From Octopus vulgaris (Eukaryota), in NCBI GenBank assembly GCA_951406725.2, contig OX597830.1:18166001-18230000 (forward strand): a stretch of DNA of 64,000 nt, in the 5' to 3' direction. Below, piece by piece: positions 52,373 through 64,000 of this stretch. Below the pieces are notes generated by a model. The model was not told the DNA's origin and did no database searches. It saw only the letters and a list, made by a program, of their open reading frames with translations. Every line of letters begins with the position of its first letter. Positions within the stretch are counted from its first letter, which is position 1. The translations under genes were made by a program, and so were the position numbers.

Positions 52373-52589
52373 TAGTGTGATAAAGTGATAACAAAGCCAA
52401 TGAAGTTTGACTGAGGTATTGTTATTGCTAGATGAACATTATTATCAGTCGTCTTCTTCTTCTTCTTCAAGACATTTTCCTGTTTTATCCTGCACATAAG
52501 GGACAGAGACACCTAGTTGTTCTCTTATTCCTTTCAGACTATGTCCTGTCAATATTTTTACTCTATGGCCTTCTTTCCTTAAGTAGCCA

Positions 52590-52622
<33 letters not shown>

Positions 52623-55600
52623 ATCAACAGGGCTACTTCTCTGTCTCTCACAGCCTCACCATTACCTTCATTATGTTTTCTTAAAGCAATAATCTGCCAA
52701 TGGAATGAAATAGCAGTGAGGGGTGATGTCTGACTGGGTGGCAGGGGACATGACGAAGAATGGAGTAGATGTAGTATGGATGATTGGATGATGATGATGG
52801 TGAACGTGATTGAGGTTTTCCCCAATCATTGTAGTTCTATCTATCTATCCTGATCTAAAATGTCAGGATTATGAGGCATGGTTTCTGTTTTGTTCTCTTT
52901 CTACAGATTCTTTTCTCCCATCTATATATATACACATGTATATATATGTAACGTCAGAAGAGAGATTAGAATATACAGTGGTTGTTTTTAAAGCCCTTTG
53001 TAATTGTGGAAATGTTTGTAAGTACAACAAACCAGCATTATCAATAACTGAATTTTGCTGAACAGAACATGCTGTCGGATCATAATATGTCTATAGAGTG
53101 TATTTTTGTTGATTTCAAGTCAAATTTAACTTCAGTTTTCAAGTTGCCAGGACTATATATATTCACATATACATACTCACAGGTGAGTATATACGTGTAA
53201 AACAAGGCGGAAAAAATAGCACTTGAATACCAAAGGTAATTTGATTTCATTAAAGCTGCAAAATTTTGCAGTTTTAATAAAAGCATGTGGGCATATACTT
53301 ATTATATATATATATACGCACACATACACACACTGCAAAATTTTGCAGCTCTAATAAAAATGTGTATGTGTGTGTGTATATATATATATATTAATGAATG
53401 AATTAATTGGAAATTATGCCATAATTCTATAACTAGTGGCAAATTTCTTACCAGATGTTCAATCAGGTGAGAAATGGCCAATGAGAAACCACTTAAGTAG
53501 CAAGCAAGATACACCTCTCTCTCTCTCTCTCTCTCTCTCTCGCTCACACACACACACTCACTCACACAGAGTTTTTGCTGCCCATATTTTAAAAGAATTG
53601 GTGACTAATATATCTTTTTTTTTAAATTGAGACTTTTTGCGAGTGATATTGGCTAAATGTCACATTAAATGGTAGGATTGTAGCATTATATAAAGGTCAA
53701 TTCTTTATTATTATTATTATTATCATCATCACCTTCATTCTCACCATCATCTTAGTTGTAGATTTGATACAAAACTACAAAGAAAAATACTCTGCATTCC
53801 ATACTGTTCATTTTACTTCAATTTTTTTTTTTTTGCTCCATATATTTTAATCTCTGATTTTAAATTACATTGATGGTATCATCACAATAATATTGGTGTA
53901 TGACATTTATAATATGCATAGAGAGAGAAACTATAAAACAGATCTGACTTCTTTTTTTTTTTTTTTTTTGCCATTATTATGGAAAGTGAATAGTGACCAA
54001 GCTAGCTTGAGACTGGCCTCTATAAGAAAAATTAAGTAACTTGTCAAACATGAATAAGAATAGTCTAAATAAGTGTAAAACTGGAAAATCTAAAAAAATT
54101 TTTTGCACTCCAGTGTCTCATTTATAATTGTAAAACATAAACATGTAAAATAATCCTTCACTCTGTCTAAAATTTTACTACAAAATCTGTTGATTCAGCA
54201 AGATGTAAAAATTGCCCGTCAATGCTTTCATCAAGAATAATATTAGTTACATAAAATGAGACTTGTGATTGAAGTCATCTGATGTGGTTGGCAGAATTGT
54301 TAGAACATCGCACAAACTACTTTACAGTATTTGTTTTGCTTCTTGCTATGTTCTCAGTTCAAATTCTGCTGGGGCCAACATTACCTTCCATTTTTCTGAG
54401 ATGGATAAGATGAAATACCCATTTCTTTATTACCCACATGGAGCTAAACATAGAGGGGACAAACAAGGACAGACAAGCGGATTAAGTCGATTACATCAAT
54501 CCCAGTGCGTAACTGGTACTTAATTTATCAACCCCGAAAGGATGAAAGGCAAAGCCGACCGGCGGAATTTGAACTAAGTAACACCCCACCCAAAGTTTGT
54601 GGCTTTGTGCACTATATTGATAATAATTGTCATTAAGGATGGACAGAATTATTAGAGCATTGGATAAAATGCCTTGCAGTATTTCTTTTTTTTTTTACAT
54701 TCCGAGTTCAATCCTTGCCAAGGTCAGTTTTGCTTTACATCCCTCTAGGGTTAGTAAAATAAAATACCAGTTAAGTACTTGGGTCAGTGGTAGTTACTAA
54801 CTTTCCCCTCAGTATTTGCTGGCCTTGTGCCCACATTAGAAATACTTATTAGGCTTGGCAGAATCTTGAGAGCATCTGACATAATACCTTACAGTATTCA
54901 GTTCAGGCTCTGTACATTCTGAGTTCAAATCCCACCAAGGTTGACTCTGCCTTTTGATATCAGCTGTGCCCTTCTCCAAAATTTGAGGCCTTGCACCTAT
55001 GTGAGAAATAATTATTATTCTGTGTCTTTCTCAAAATCATCTGAAGAAGGTGCTCTGGGGAATCTGAGTATTATTTTTTAAGATTGAAATGAAAATCTTG
55101 AAAATCAGAAAATAGTTTTTGCATCATTTACAGGAAATTTTTCCCAGGAATCTATTTATTAATCATATATGAATACTTATACTGTGGCTTTCAGGTGTTT
55201 TCTTAAATTTTTTTTTTAATAATCAGAAATTTAACAAATACGACAATGAAAAGCTGAAGTGTTTCTTAACAAACGGTATCACCATTTCCATCAAGACTAG
55301 ACTGATAGGGGCACAATAAACTATATTAACTTTTCCTTGCTTAAGACTACTACAGTATTTGCAGCAAGATTTTGAACTCACAGTTTTATTGCTCATATAA
55401 TCTTCATAATATTAGTACCCCTATAATAAGAGTTTAATTATTATTATTATTTAAGGTGGTGAGCTGGCAGAATCATTAGCATGCTGAGTGAAATGCTTAG
55501 CAGTATTTTGTATGCCACTTCATTCTAGGTTCAAATTCCACTAAGGTCGACTTAGCTTTCCATCCTTTTGGGGATCAATAAATTAAGGTACCAGTCTAGT

Positions 55601-57100
55601 ACTGGGGTTGATTGTCCCCCTTGCCACAAAAATCCCGGCCTTGTACCTATAGTAGAAAGGATTGTTATTATTTTTAATGGACCAAAATTACAAAGTGACT
55701 CAAAGGCCTTGCACAAAACTCGACTCGTATGTGTGTATGAGAGAAAGAGAAGGAAAGTGGAATTCACAAGATTTTTTATTAATCACTTTGATCATTTTGA
55801 TCCGTCATGCATCAGTCCCTTGCAGGTCTCTTTCTCTCGTATGTTATAAACTCTGCAGACACAAAAGAATTCCTGAAGTAAATCTATACTGTTTTCGATA
55901 TCAGGTATTTAAATCCATGCTGTTAATGACATCAGGTAGCCGAATACAGTGAACAGGATTTAAATAGTATACTATGAGGTTTATACCGAAATTTTAAAAT
56001 ATTACATAATTTGTTACTGGTGGTGCTCCAATATGGCCACAGCCTCAGGGCTGAAACACACAAAAGAAATCACACACACACACACATTGAGTTCTGTTTG
56101 CATTGCCAAACCTAATAAGACATAGAAATTCAAAGTTAATGAGTTTCGTTTTTTCCTTTTTTTAATTCATTCATTACTTATTTTTCTAGATTTTTCTCCA
56201 AGAATTCTTAAAGTTTGTTGACTTGGACTCTTATTGAGAGAAGGATTTGTCCACACTGCTTCAGAATTACACAACCATATGACAACTGTCCATTGATAAC
56301 TTAGTGTTCCACCATTGAGTCTCTCTCTCCCTCATATCCCATCTTTATTTGATTAGCTCCTGCCAGGGTCACTAAAGGAAGAGGGGATGAGATTTTTTTT
56401 TTTTTTTTTTGTCATTTAGTGCTCTGCCCAGAACTGTCCAGCAAAACTCATGAACCTGTGATAGGATACAAACTCACAACTCTTCAGCCGAAAGGCGAAA
56501 ACACCCTAACTCTTCTTCGGCCATTGTGATTTTGGCAAATGTATATTTCTAGAAATATTTCCCTTTTTTTCTTTTTCTTTTTCTTTTTCATTTTTGTTTT
56601 TTGTACTTCTTCTCAGTAGCTAGTATAATTTGTGGTTGTTGTTGTTGTTGTTGTAAACTGATAGCTCTTAGAGCTTTTCTTGGACCAAATATGCTTGACA
56701 TTCCATATGGGGTTACAACATATCTCTCCTCTCTTTTTATAATTTCACTGACAGTCCCAAGTGACTTCATGTTTCCCCAACTTTCTTCCACTGATATTCT
56801 TGTGTGCAATATTAGCAAGATAGAATTTTCCTTTAAAACAAAAAAAAAAAAATTAAAACATTACAAAAAGCAGACTGCGTGTTTAACCCTCTCTAGTCAA
56901 CTAGGGATTTCTACAACATCATTTTTTTTTTTTAAATTCAGAAATCAACATTTTGAAAATATATATACACAAATATAAATGTACGTCTGTGTGTATGAGA
57001 GAGACAGACAGAGTGTCTGTGTGGTGTGTGAATAAGTGGGGTCTTTTTTTTTTCTTTCCTTTTTATTAATTTATTTAGCTTAACATTTTTCTATGGGGAA

Positions 57101-57165
57101 AATAAATAAAAAAAAATAAACAACTTGTATAAGAACAATGTGTTTTTGTGTTGTTTTATTTTGTT
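57101..57165 (+). terminator. Candidate polyadenylation site for the exon-B isoform (3' UTR of about 7 kb)
   Basis: Clustered AATAAA at 57101, 57105 and 57115 after a U-rich region, followed by a GU-rich tract (tgtgtttttgtgttg) at about 57139-57165. Confidence 0.45.
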
Positions 57166-59711
57166 AAATTGTTTTTTTATTCATCATAGCTGAAGAATAC
57201 AGAAGATCTGCTTACTGAAACTATTTTGTAGCCCTATGTCTAATGAGTTTTAATTAATTTTCAATACAATTGAAATTTAAATGAGGTTTTAATAAAAATA
57301 TATTGACCTTTTTATTTTGGTATATAATTATGAAATAATGAAATTATTGTATACAGTGCTCAGGTGCACCACAACTTGTCAGAAAGTGCATATAAAGCAT
57401 ATGCAGTAATGTACAAATGTCTGGGAAGTGAACTGTGTATGAGTCAAATACATGCTTGCATGTGTATGGAGGGGAGAAAATCAGGTGTAGTGTTGGCGAA
57501 TCTAAGGAAGCATGGAAGTTTTGAAGGATGCAGTGCTCCGACAACTGATGCCGGCAGTCTGTTCCATGCTTCAGCAACTCTTAGCGTAAAAAAAAATGTT
57601 AGTGTTGACCCACTAAAATCCCATGACATCAAGGGGACCCCAATATAAACATCAACAGGCTGTTGCTACTCCTATTTTGTGTTATCCTGATATAGATAAA
57701 CTTACCCAGAAGACCACTCTGCAACAATGGAATTGGATGCAGTTTAACTTCATATCTCGGTTCTTAACCCTTTCATTACCAACCCACCCACAATTGTTCA
57801 AGAATGTTTCTGACATCATCATCATCAGCATCATTTGATTAACGTCCGCTTTCCATGCTAGCATGGTTTGGACGATTTGACTGAGGGCTGGCGAACCAGA
57901 TGGCTGCACCAAGCTCCAATCTTGATCTGGCAGAATTTCTACAGCTGGATGCCCTTCCTAACGCCAACCACTCCGAGAGTGTAGTGAGTGCTTTTACGTG
58001 CCCAGTCAGGCAGTACTGGCAACGGCCACACTTATATGGTGCTTTTTACATGCCACCGGCACGGGGACCAGTCAGGCAGTACTGGCAACGACCTTGCTCG
58101 AATGTTTTTTACAAGTGACAGTAAGGCGATGCTGGTAATGATCACACTTGAATGGTGCCTTTTATGTGCCACTGGCACGGAAGCCGGTTAGCCGCTCTGT
58201 CAACGATCAGGCTCGTATGGTGCTCTTTGTGCCCCACTAGCATGGATGCCAGTCATCGAATTTGATTTCAATGTTACCAATATACCCAGAACTGTCAGAG
58301 ATAACTTATTCATATTTAAATGAGAATTTCAGTGCATTCATGAAAACATGTCATTTCACTACATAAACAATTGATTTACTGTATCCAGCCTTATTTGACA
58401 TGGTAGCTGAGCTCTGTGAATTTTTGGAGATTTTGTTTCCTATATTTTTTTCGATATTGATTTTCTGAAAAATATTTTACTACTGGCAAAAGCTGGATAC
58501 CTGTTTCATGTTGTCAAAGTGTGAATCAATTCAAAAGATTTTTGAAACTAAGAATAGCAATGAGGAAAAAAAAAAAGGTAACAAAAGCATTTGAAGGTAT
58601 CAGATTGTTTTAGCCATCATCTGCCATAGCAGTTGTAGGGAATAATACACTTTTCCAGCTCTACTAAGCTTTGAAGTTCACATTGACCATAGAGATTGTT
58701 ACTACTAATTCAAGGTGCTACCTCAAGGGGTGCCAACCTTCCTTTCATGGGTTGACTAAAGAATGTCTTCTATCATACCCAATGGATAATATCAAACACA
58801 ATATTATTCATGTTATTCTCTTTACTCTTTTACTTGTTTCAGTCATTTGACTGCGGCCTGGCTGGGGCACTGCCTTTAGTCGAGGAAATCGACCCCAGGA
58901 CTTATTCTTTGGAAGCCTAGTACTTATTCTATCAGTCTCTGGCCGAACCGCTAAGTTACGGGGACGTAAACACACCAGCATCGGTTGTCAAGCGATGTTG
59001 GGGGAACAAATGCAGACACACAAACAAATACACACACATACATATACATATATACGACAGGCTTCTTTCAGTTTCTGTCTACCAAATCCACTCACAAGGC
59101 TTTGGTTGGCCCGAGGCTATAGTAGAGGACACTTGCCCAAGGTGCCACGCAGTGGGACTGAACCCAGAACCATGTTGTTGATAAGCAAGCTACTTACCAC
59201 ACAGCCACTCTTGCGATAATAATTGTGGGGTTTTTGCTTTAATATGTAGATAGGGGTGCAGGCATTGCTGTATGCTTCACAACCATATGGTCTCAGGTTT
59301 GCTCCACTGCGTGGAATTTTAGACATCTATTATAATCACTGGTTGACCATTGCTTTATGAGTGAAAACAGTAGATGGGAACAATGTAGGATCCCATATGT
59401 ATGTGTTTGTATGTCTCTGTCTCTGTCTTGATGTTGACTCCACATCTTAAGTACTAGACTTCAAAACATGTCCTGAGGTCAATATGATTGACTAAAAGTC
59501 ATTAAAGATGGTGCCCTAGCATGACTGCAGTCCAAGTAAAAGAAAATAAGGTCTGAAATTTATAGATGAGAATACTTGTTTTCTTAACGTGCTAGCAAGT
59601 GAAGTGAAAGAGCTTCAATCAGAAACAGAAACCTAGTCGTAGATCTATTTGTTTGAAGCTTCCTCCAATTATAAGACAGCTACTGATACATTAATTTTTA
59701 AGGTCATAAAA

Positions 59712-59916
59712 GAGGCTTCTTGTGTAAGAGATGTGATGTTCTCTGGTTAAATTCCTTCAAGGGAAAGTTGAAGGTCTCACGCACCTTCAGGCCTCAAGAA
59801 GAATCTCCAGGCACCTGGAATATACCAGTCAGAAAGGCTTTAAGGCTAAGAGATCAATCAGAAAACCAGGAACTATACGGACATGAGAATATGAACCAGA
59901 AATGAAGAAAGAAAAA
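59712..59916 (+). repeat. Direct repeat of about 200 bp, copy 1 (copy 2 at about 61225-61428)
   Basis: GAGGCTTCTTG..TAAGAGATGTGATGTTCTCTGG...GAACCAGAAA.GAAGAAAGAAAAA is near-identical in both places. Confidence 0.9.
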
Positions 59917-60054
59917 GAATACAACAAGCAGTAAAAAAAAAGTAAGCAGCATTAACTGACAACCTTGAGAAAGAGGAAGGAACAACATTGAATACTTTGA
60001 CTACACACTTCAACATTTATCAACAGACAATACATTAAAAATGAATTTGTCTTC

Positions 60055-60378
60055 CCTGGCACCTGTGCCGGTGGCATGTAAAAAGCATCATCTGTACATG
60101 GCCGATGCCAGTGCCACCTTGACTGGCTTCCATGCCGGTAGCACATAAAAAGCACCATCTGATCGTGGCCGTTGCCAGCCTCCCCTGGCACTTGTGCCAG
60201 TGGCACGTAAAAAACATCCACTACACTCTCAGAGTGGTTGGCGTTAGGAAGGGCATCCAGCTGTAGAAACACTGTCAGATCAGACTGGAGCCTGGTGCAG
60301 CCTCCTGGCTTCCCAGACCCAGGTTGAACCGTCCAACCCATGCTAGCATGGAAAACGGACGTTAAACGATGATGATGA
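60055..60378 (+). mobile_element. RTE-type 3'-tail repeat (other copies near 9820-10010, 12160-12440, 12915-13095, 13520-13765, 26826-27240, 32200-32390, 38020-38312, 43080-43352, 46900-47130, 57830-58260)
   Basis: GAGTGGTTGGCGTTAGGAAGGGCATCCAGCTGTAGAAAC...CCATGCTAGCATGGAAAACGGACGTTAAA(C/T)GATGATG, the same 3' end as the RTE LINE at 14025. Confidence 0.85.
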
Positions 60379-61889
60379 TAATACATTTGCTACCATGGTT
60401 ACTGTTTACATAGATTCTTGTTAGTCTTAATTCTTCAGCAGATATATTCTACATGTTTTTAATATTTTTTGTAATTCTTCAAGCAAAATGCTTAGCAGTA
60501 TTTCGTTCATCTTTATGTGCTGAGTTCAAGTTCTGCTGAGGTTGACTTTGCCTACCATCCTTCTGGGGTCGATAAAATAAGTACCAGTCAAGCACTGGGG
60601 TTGTTATAATCGATTTTCCCTGCTCACCCATAATTGCTGGCCTTGTGCTAAAATTTGGAACTGATATTTTTGTAATTCTTAAGAGATAGCAAAATGGTTG
60701 AGGGCTTTGCCATATACATGTCCCCCAGTGGCATAGCTAAGAGTGTGTGCCACCAGGGGCAGCCTTTGAGTTTGCCACCCCTGGACCCTAGCCTATACAG
60801 TAAACCCAAAAGTGTAGCTCTCATAAAAGCATAGCCCAGAATGAACTACCAGGCAAGCTATTCTACTACATAACCCTTATTTTGAGATGTTCTGTTTCTT
60901 TCAATTACTTTAAATATAACAAAGAATTTAGTAAAATAACTTCCTTATCATTCAGCTTGTATTAGGAATATAAATTGTGACTAAGGTTTGGTGAAAGATT
61001 TTAATTGAAACCTTAAGCAAACAAGACATTGTACAACAGAGCCAGAGCCGGTTTCGGCCGGGTTGGTAACAAAAGGATTAAAATGAAAACTAGTAATATA
61101 CTACAGTCCCAGATTGGGGTTTGTTCATTAGATTAGTAACTCACCCATGTGAAACAAAAATATTTTTCTTTTTACTTCTCAAAACACCAACTGACAGCAA
61201 AATAAACCCTTTTACCTCGTAAGGGAGGCTTCTTGCCTAAGAGATGTGATGTTCTCTGGTTAAATTCCTTCAAGGGAAAGTTGAAGGTCTCACGCACCTT
61301 CAGGCCTCAAGAAAGATCTCCAGGCACCTGGAATATACCAGGCAGCAAGCTTTAAGGACAAGAAATCAATCAGAAAACCAAGAACTATACGGACATGAGA
61401 ATATGAACCAGAAACGAAGAAAGAAAAACCGTAGGCTGGATTTCACCTAACAGGAGGGCTCATAACACAATATAGTAATGCTCCACTGGGACTAAATTCA
61501 ATTAAATACGCCTCTCTCCTAAAAAATTGTATCACTGTGCTAATGTAAAACATCAATACTCTTCAAATCCAGTGGCCAAAAAGTTCTCTTTAGAACCATG
61601 AGTCCAAAGGTTCAGTCCCATTGCATGGACACGGTTGGCTTAGCTCGTTGTGTACGTATAAGTGTGTTAGTGTATAGTTAAGTGAGTTTGCCTTTCTTTT
61701 CGTTTTCATGTACATTTACCGGTTGCAATCAAAAGCTTCATCTTTCGTACACGTCTGAGTAATTTAAATCCGAAAAACACTGAAATAAGACAATGCTTTA
61801 AAGTGATTTCATCTGGTCTTTTTACTGATCTAAATTCAAATCCCATTATAATTTATTTTTTCTGGTGTGTGTGTATGTATGTATGTGTA

Positions 61890-61924
<35 letters not shown>

Positions 61925-62479
61925 ACACACAAATGTATCTGCCGCTATTCTGAGTTTCTCGTTTCTCTTTTTCACACCAAGAAACTTGGTGCGCCAACAA
62001 AAATAAGTCACCACTTGAAATAACCGGATAAACTGTACATGTACTTCTCATTTTAAATTCAAACTCAGTCACTAAAAATATCTCGATGCTCTGCGAGATA
62101 ACTTGTTCTAAAGTTCCGTCTGGGCGGAAATTTGAGGTATATTCATCCGATTTGTTTAATTCACATAGACATGAGAATCATAGCACCAACCACGGGACGA
62201 ATAGTGCATTTTCAGCGAATAAATACCTCGCATGGGTGAACTAAGCTTATGTTGCTGAAGTTCGTAGACGTCTATCCATTGTATGTGTGAGAGGGAGAGA
62301 AAGCGTTTCATTGATGGTAGATGGAGTGTAGCTGCAATGATAGAATTGTGATATCTTTAGGAAATACATGAAAATCAAAACCTCCCATCTCCTCTACTAT
62401 AATACTAGCTTTTGTATCATGTAGTAAGGAACTTATATTTGATGAAGAACAGTAAATAGTTATTTAAAATAAAAATAAA

Positions 62480-62724
62480 TGCGCCCTTTTAAAGCCTAGC
62501 CAGGCTCATGGCCCCGGTTTCCCAGTTTCCATGGCTTATGTGTTCCCCAGCTGGACGGGACGACAGTCCATCACAGCGTTACTCATTATTGCCACTTTTA
62601 TCTGGAGCAACGAGAAATGAAGTGTTTTGTTCAAGAACACAACGTGTCGCCCGGTTCAGGAATTGAAACCACAATCTTACGATCATGATGCTGACACCCT
62701 AACCACTAAGCCACGCGCCTCCAC
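62480..62724 (-). mobile_element. tRNA-derived SINE family 4 (decayed copies near 15200-15442 and 41610-41770)
   Basis: Minus strand reads GGAGGCGCGTGGCTTAGTGGTTAGGGTG...GGTTTCAATTCC...GTGTTCTTGAACAAAACACTT, with an A-rich tail. Confidence 0.75.
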
Positions 62725-63171
62725 AAATAGTTATTTTTACTAGAACAGAAATCAACTGTCACCGAATGAAAAAAAAAAAAATCTATTACTAATGTAAGGG
62801 AGAGAATTCTTGCAATCGCAACTATCACTTTATTCGTTTCTTTCTTTATTTATTTTGTTAATTTAACAATTTTCCTTCAGTTTTCGATGCTGGCACACGA
62901 GAGACGTTTTACCGACTTCCGTAATTGTATAATATATGTTGTGACTCCTATCGTTAGAAATGGAATCTCTGGAATCTATGAACTGAACGTCAAACTCGAC
63001 GACAGCTACAACTAAAGATAACCGTAGTTATCTCCCTTAGTATCTGGCGTCCAACGGAGGAGACTTTTACAGAGTCACTTTTTTTGCTAGAAATAACAGT
63101 TACATCCCCCTCTAATCATGCCTTAAAATAAAAGAAAACACATTGAATTAAGAAGTCCTAAATTAAGCTAT

Positions 63172-63542
63172 GTCGGTACTACTTAAGAAGAGTGGTCCCA
63201 GTGCACGCACTCGCGCATCCGCGCTAGCTAGACGTGACTAGTCGATCCTTACTTTGTGTTTTTGTTTTATTTGCTTTACTCTTTTACTTGTTTCAGTCAT
63301 TTTGACTGCGGCCATGCTGGAGCACCACCTTTAATCGAGCAACTCAACCCCGGGACTTATTCTTTTGTAAACCCAGTACTTATTCTATCGGTCTCTTTTG
63401 TGTAAAAAAAAAGTATTTATTTTGTGTTTTATTTACTTTGCTAGGGTAGTCGTTGTAGGATCGACTAGTCACGACTAGCTAGCGCGGATGCACGAGTACG
63501 CGAGTGCGCGCATCGGGACCACTCTTTTTAAGTAGTACCAAC
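63172..63542. mobile_element. Young CpG-rich MITE with TIRs of about 80 bp enclosing a SINE fragment
   Basis: GTCGGTACTACTTAA...CGCATCCGCGCTAGCTAG..GTGACTAGTCGATCCT is inverted at 63455-63542. TAT flanks both sides. SINE 3' fragment at about 63275-63399. Confidence 0.8.
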
Positions 63543-63880
63543 TATGTGTAAAAAAAAAAAAGAAAACGGATGATTCCAGCTGGAACACCTTTGATTATAG
63601 ATTTGCTCGATCTGGCGATAAACATTAGTATGCGTAGTGGTCACACCTTGTCGTGGAGCTTAGCACACTGGCTCGACTCAGAAGCTGAATTCTCAAACAT
63701 TCTACAATTCTAATAGGCGCAGGAGTATCTGTGTGGTAAGTAGCTTGCTTACCAACCACATAGTTCCGAGTTCAGTCCCACTGCGTGGCACCTTGGGCAA
63801 GTGTCTTCTGCTATAGCCTCGAGCTGACCAAAGCCTTGTGAATGGATTTGGTAGACGGAAACTGAAAGAAGCCTGTCGTG

Positions 63881-64000
<120 letters not shown>

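Overview
AT-rich, microsatellite- and SINE-dense animal genomic DNA. The SINE, RTE and CR1 repertoire suggests an octopus (coleoid cephalopod); this is an inference. Nearly all ORFs in the supplied track are repeat-derived noise. The one clear host gene is the 3' half of a + strand tetraspanin of the TSPAN13/TSPAN31 (Drosophila Tsp97E) family, with coding exons at 8818-9036 and 27992-28144. It has two paralogous terminal exons, 36652-36726 and 50098-50172. Both are in phase, 19/24 aa identical and heavily diverged at synonymous sites, which points to an old duplication kept as alternative last exons. The unique intronic sequence around them shows candidate long-range RNA pairings and a ~300-nt imperfect hairpin that could control exon choice; these were found by eye and are unverified. 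The intron before 8818 has a perfect U12-type branch site. The introns also hold a decayed intron-containing Tc1/IS630-like transposon, a two-headed mariner derivative, a solo LTR, several MITEs, RTE and CR1 LINE fragments, and three families of Penelope-like inverted repeats with hammerhead-ribozyme-like cores.
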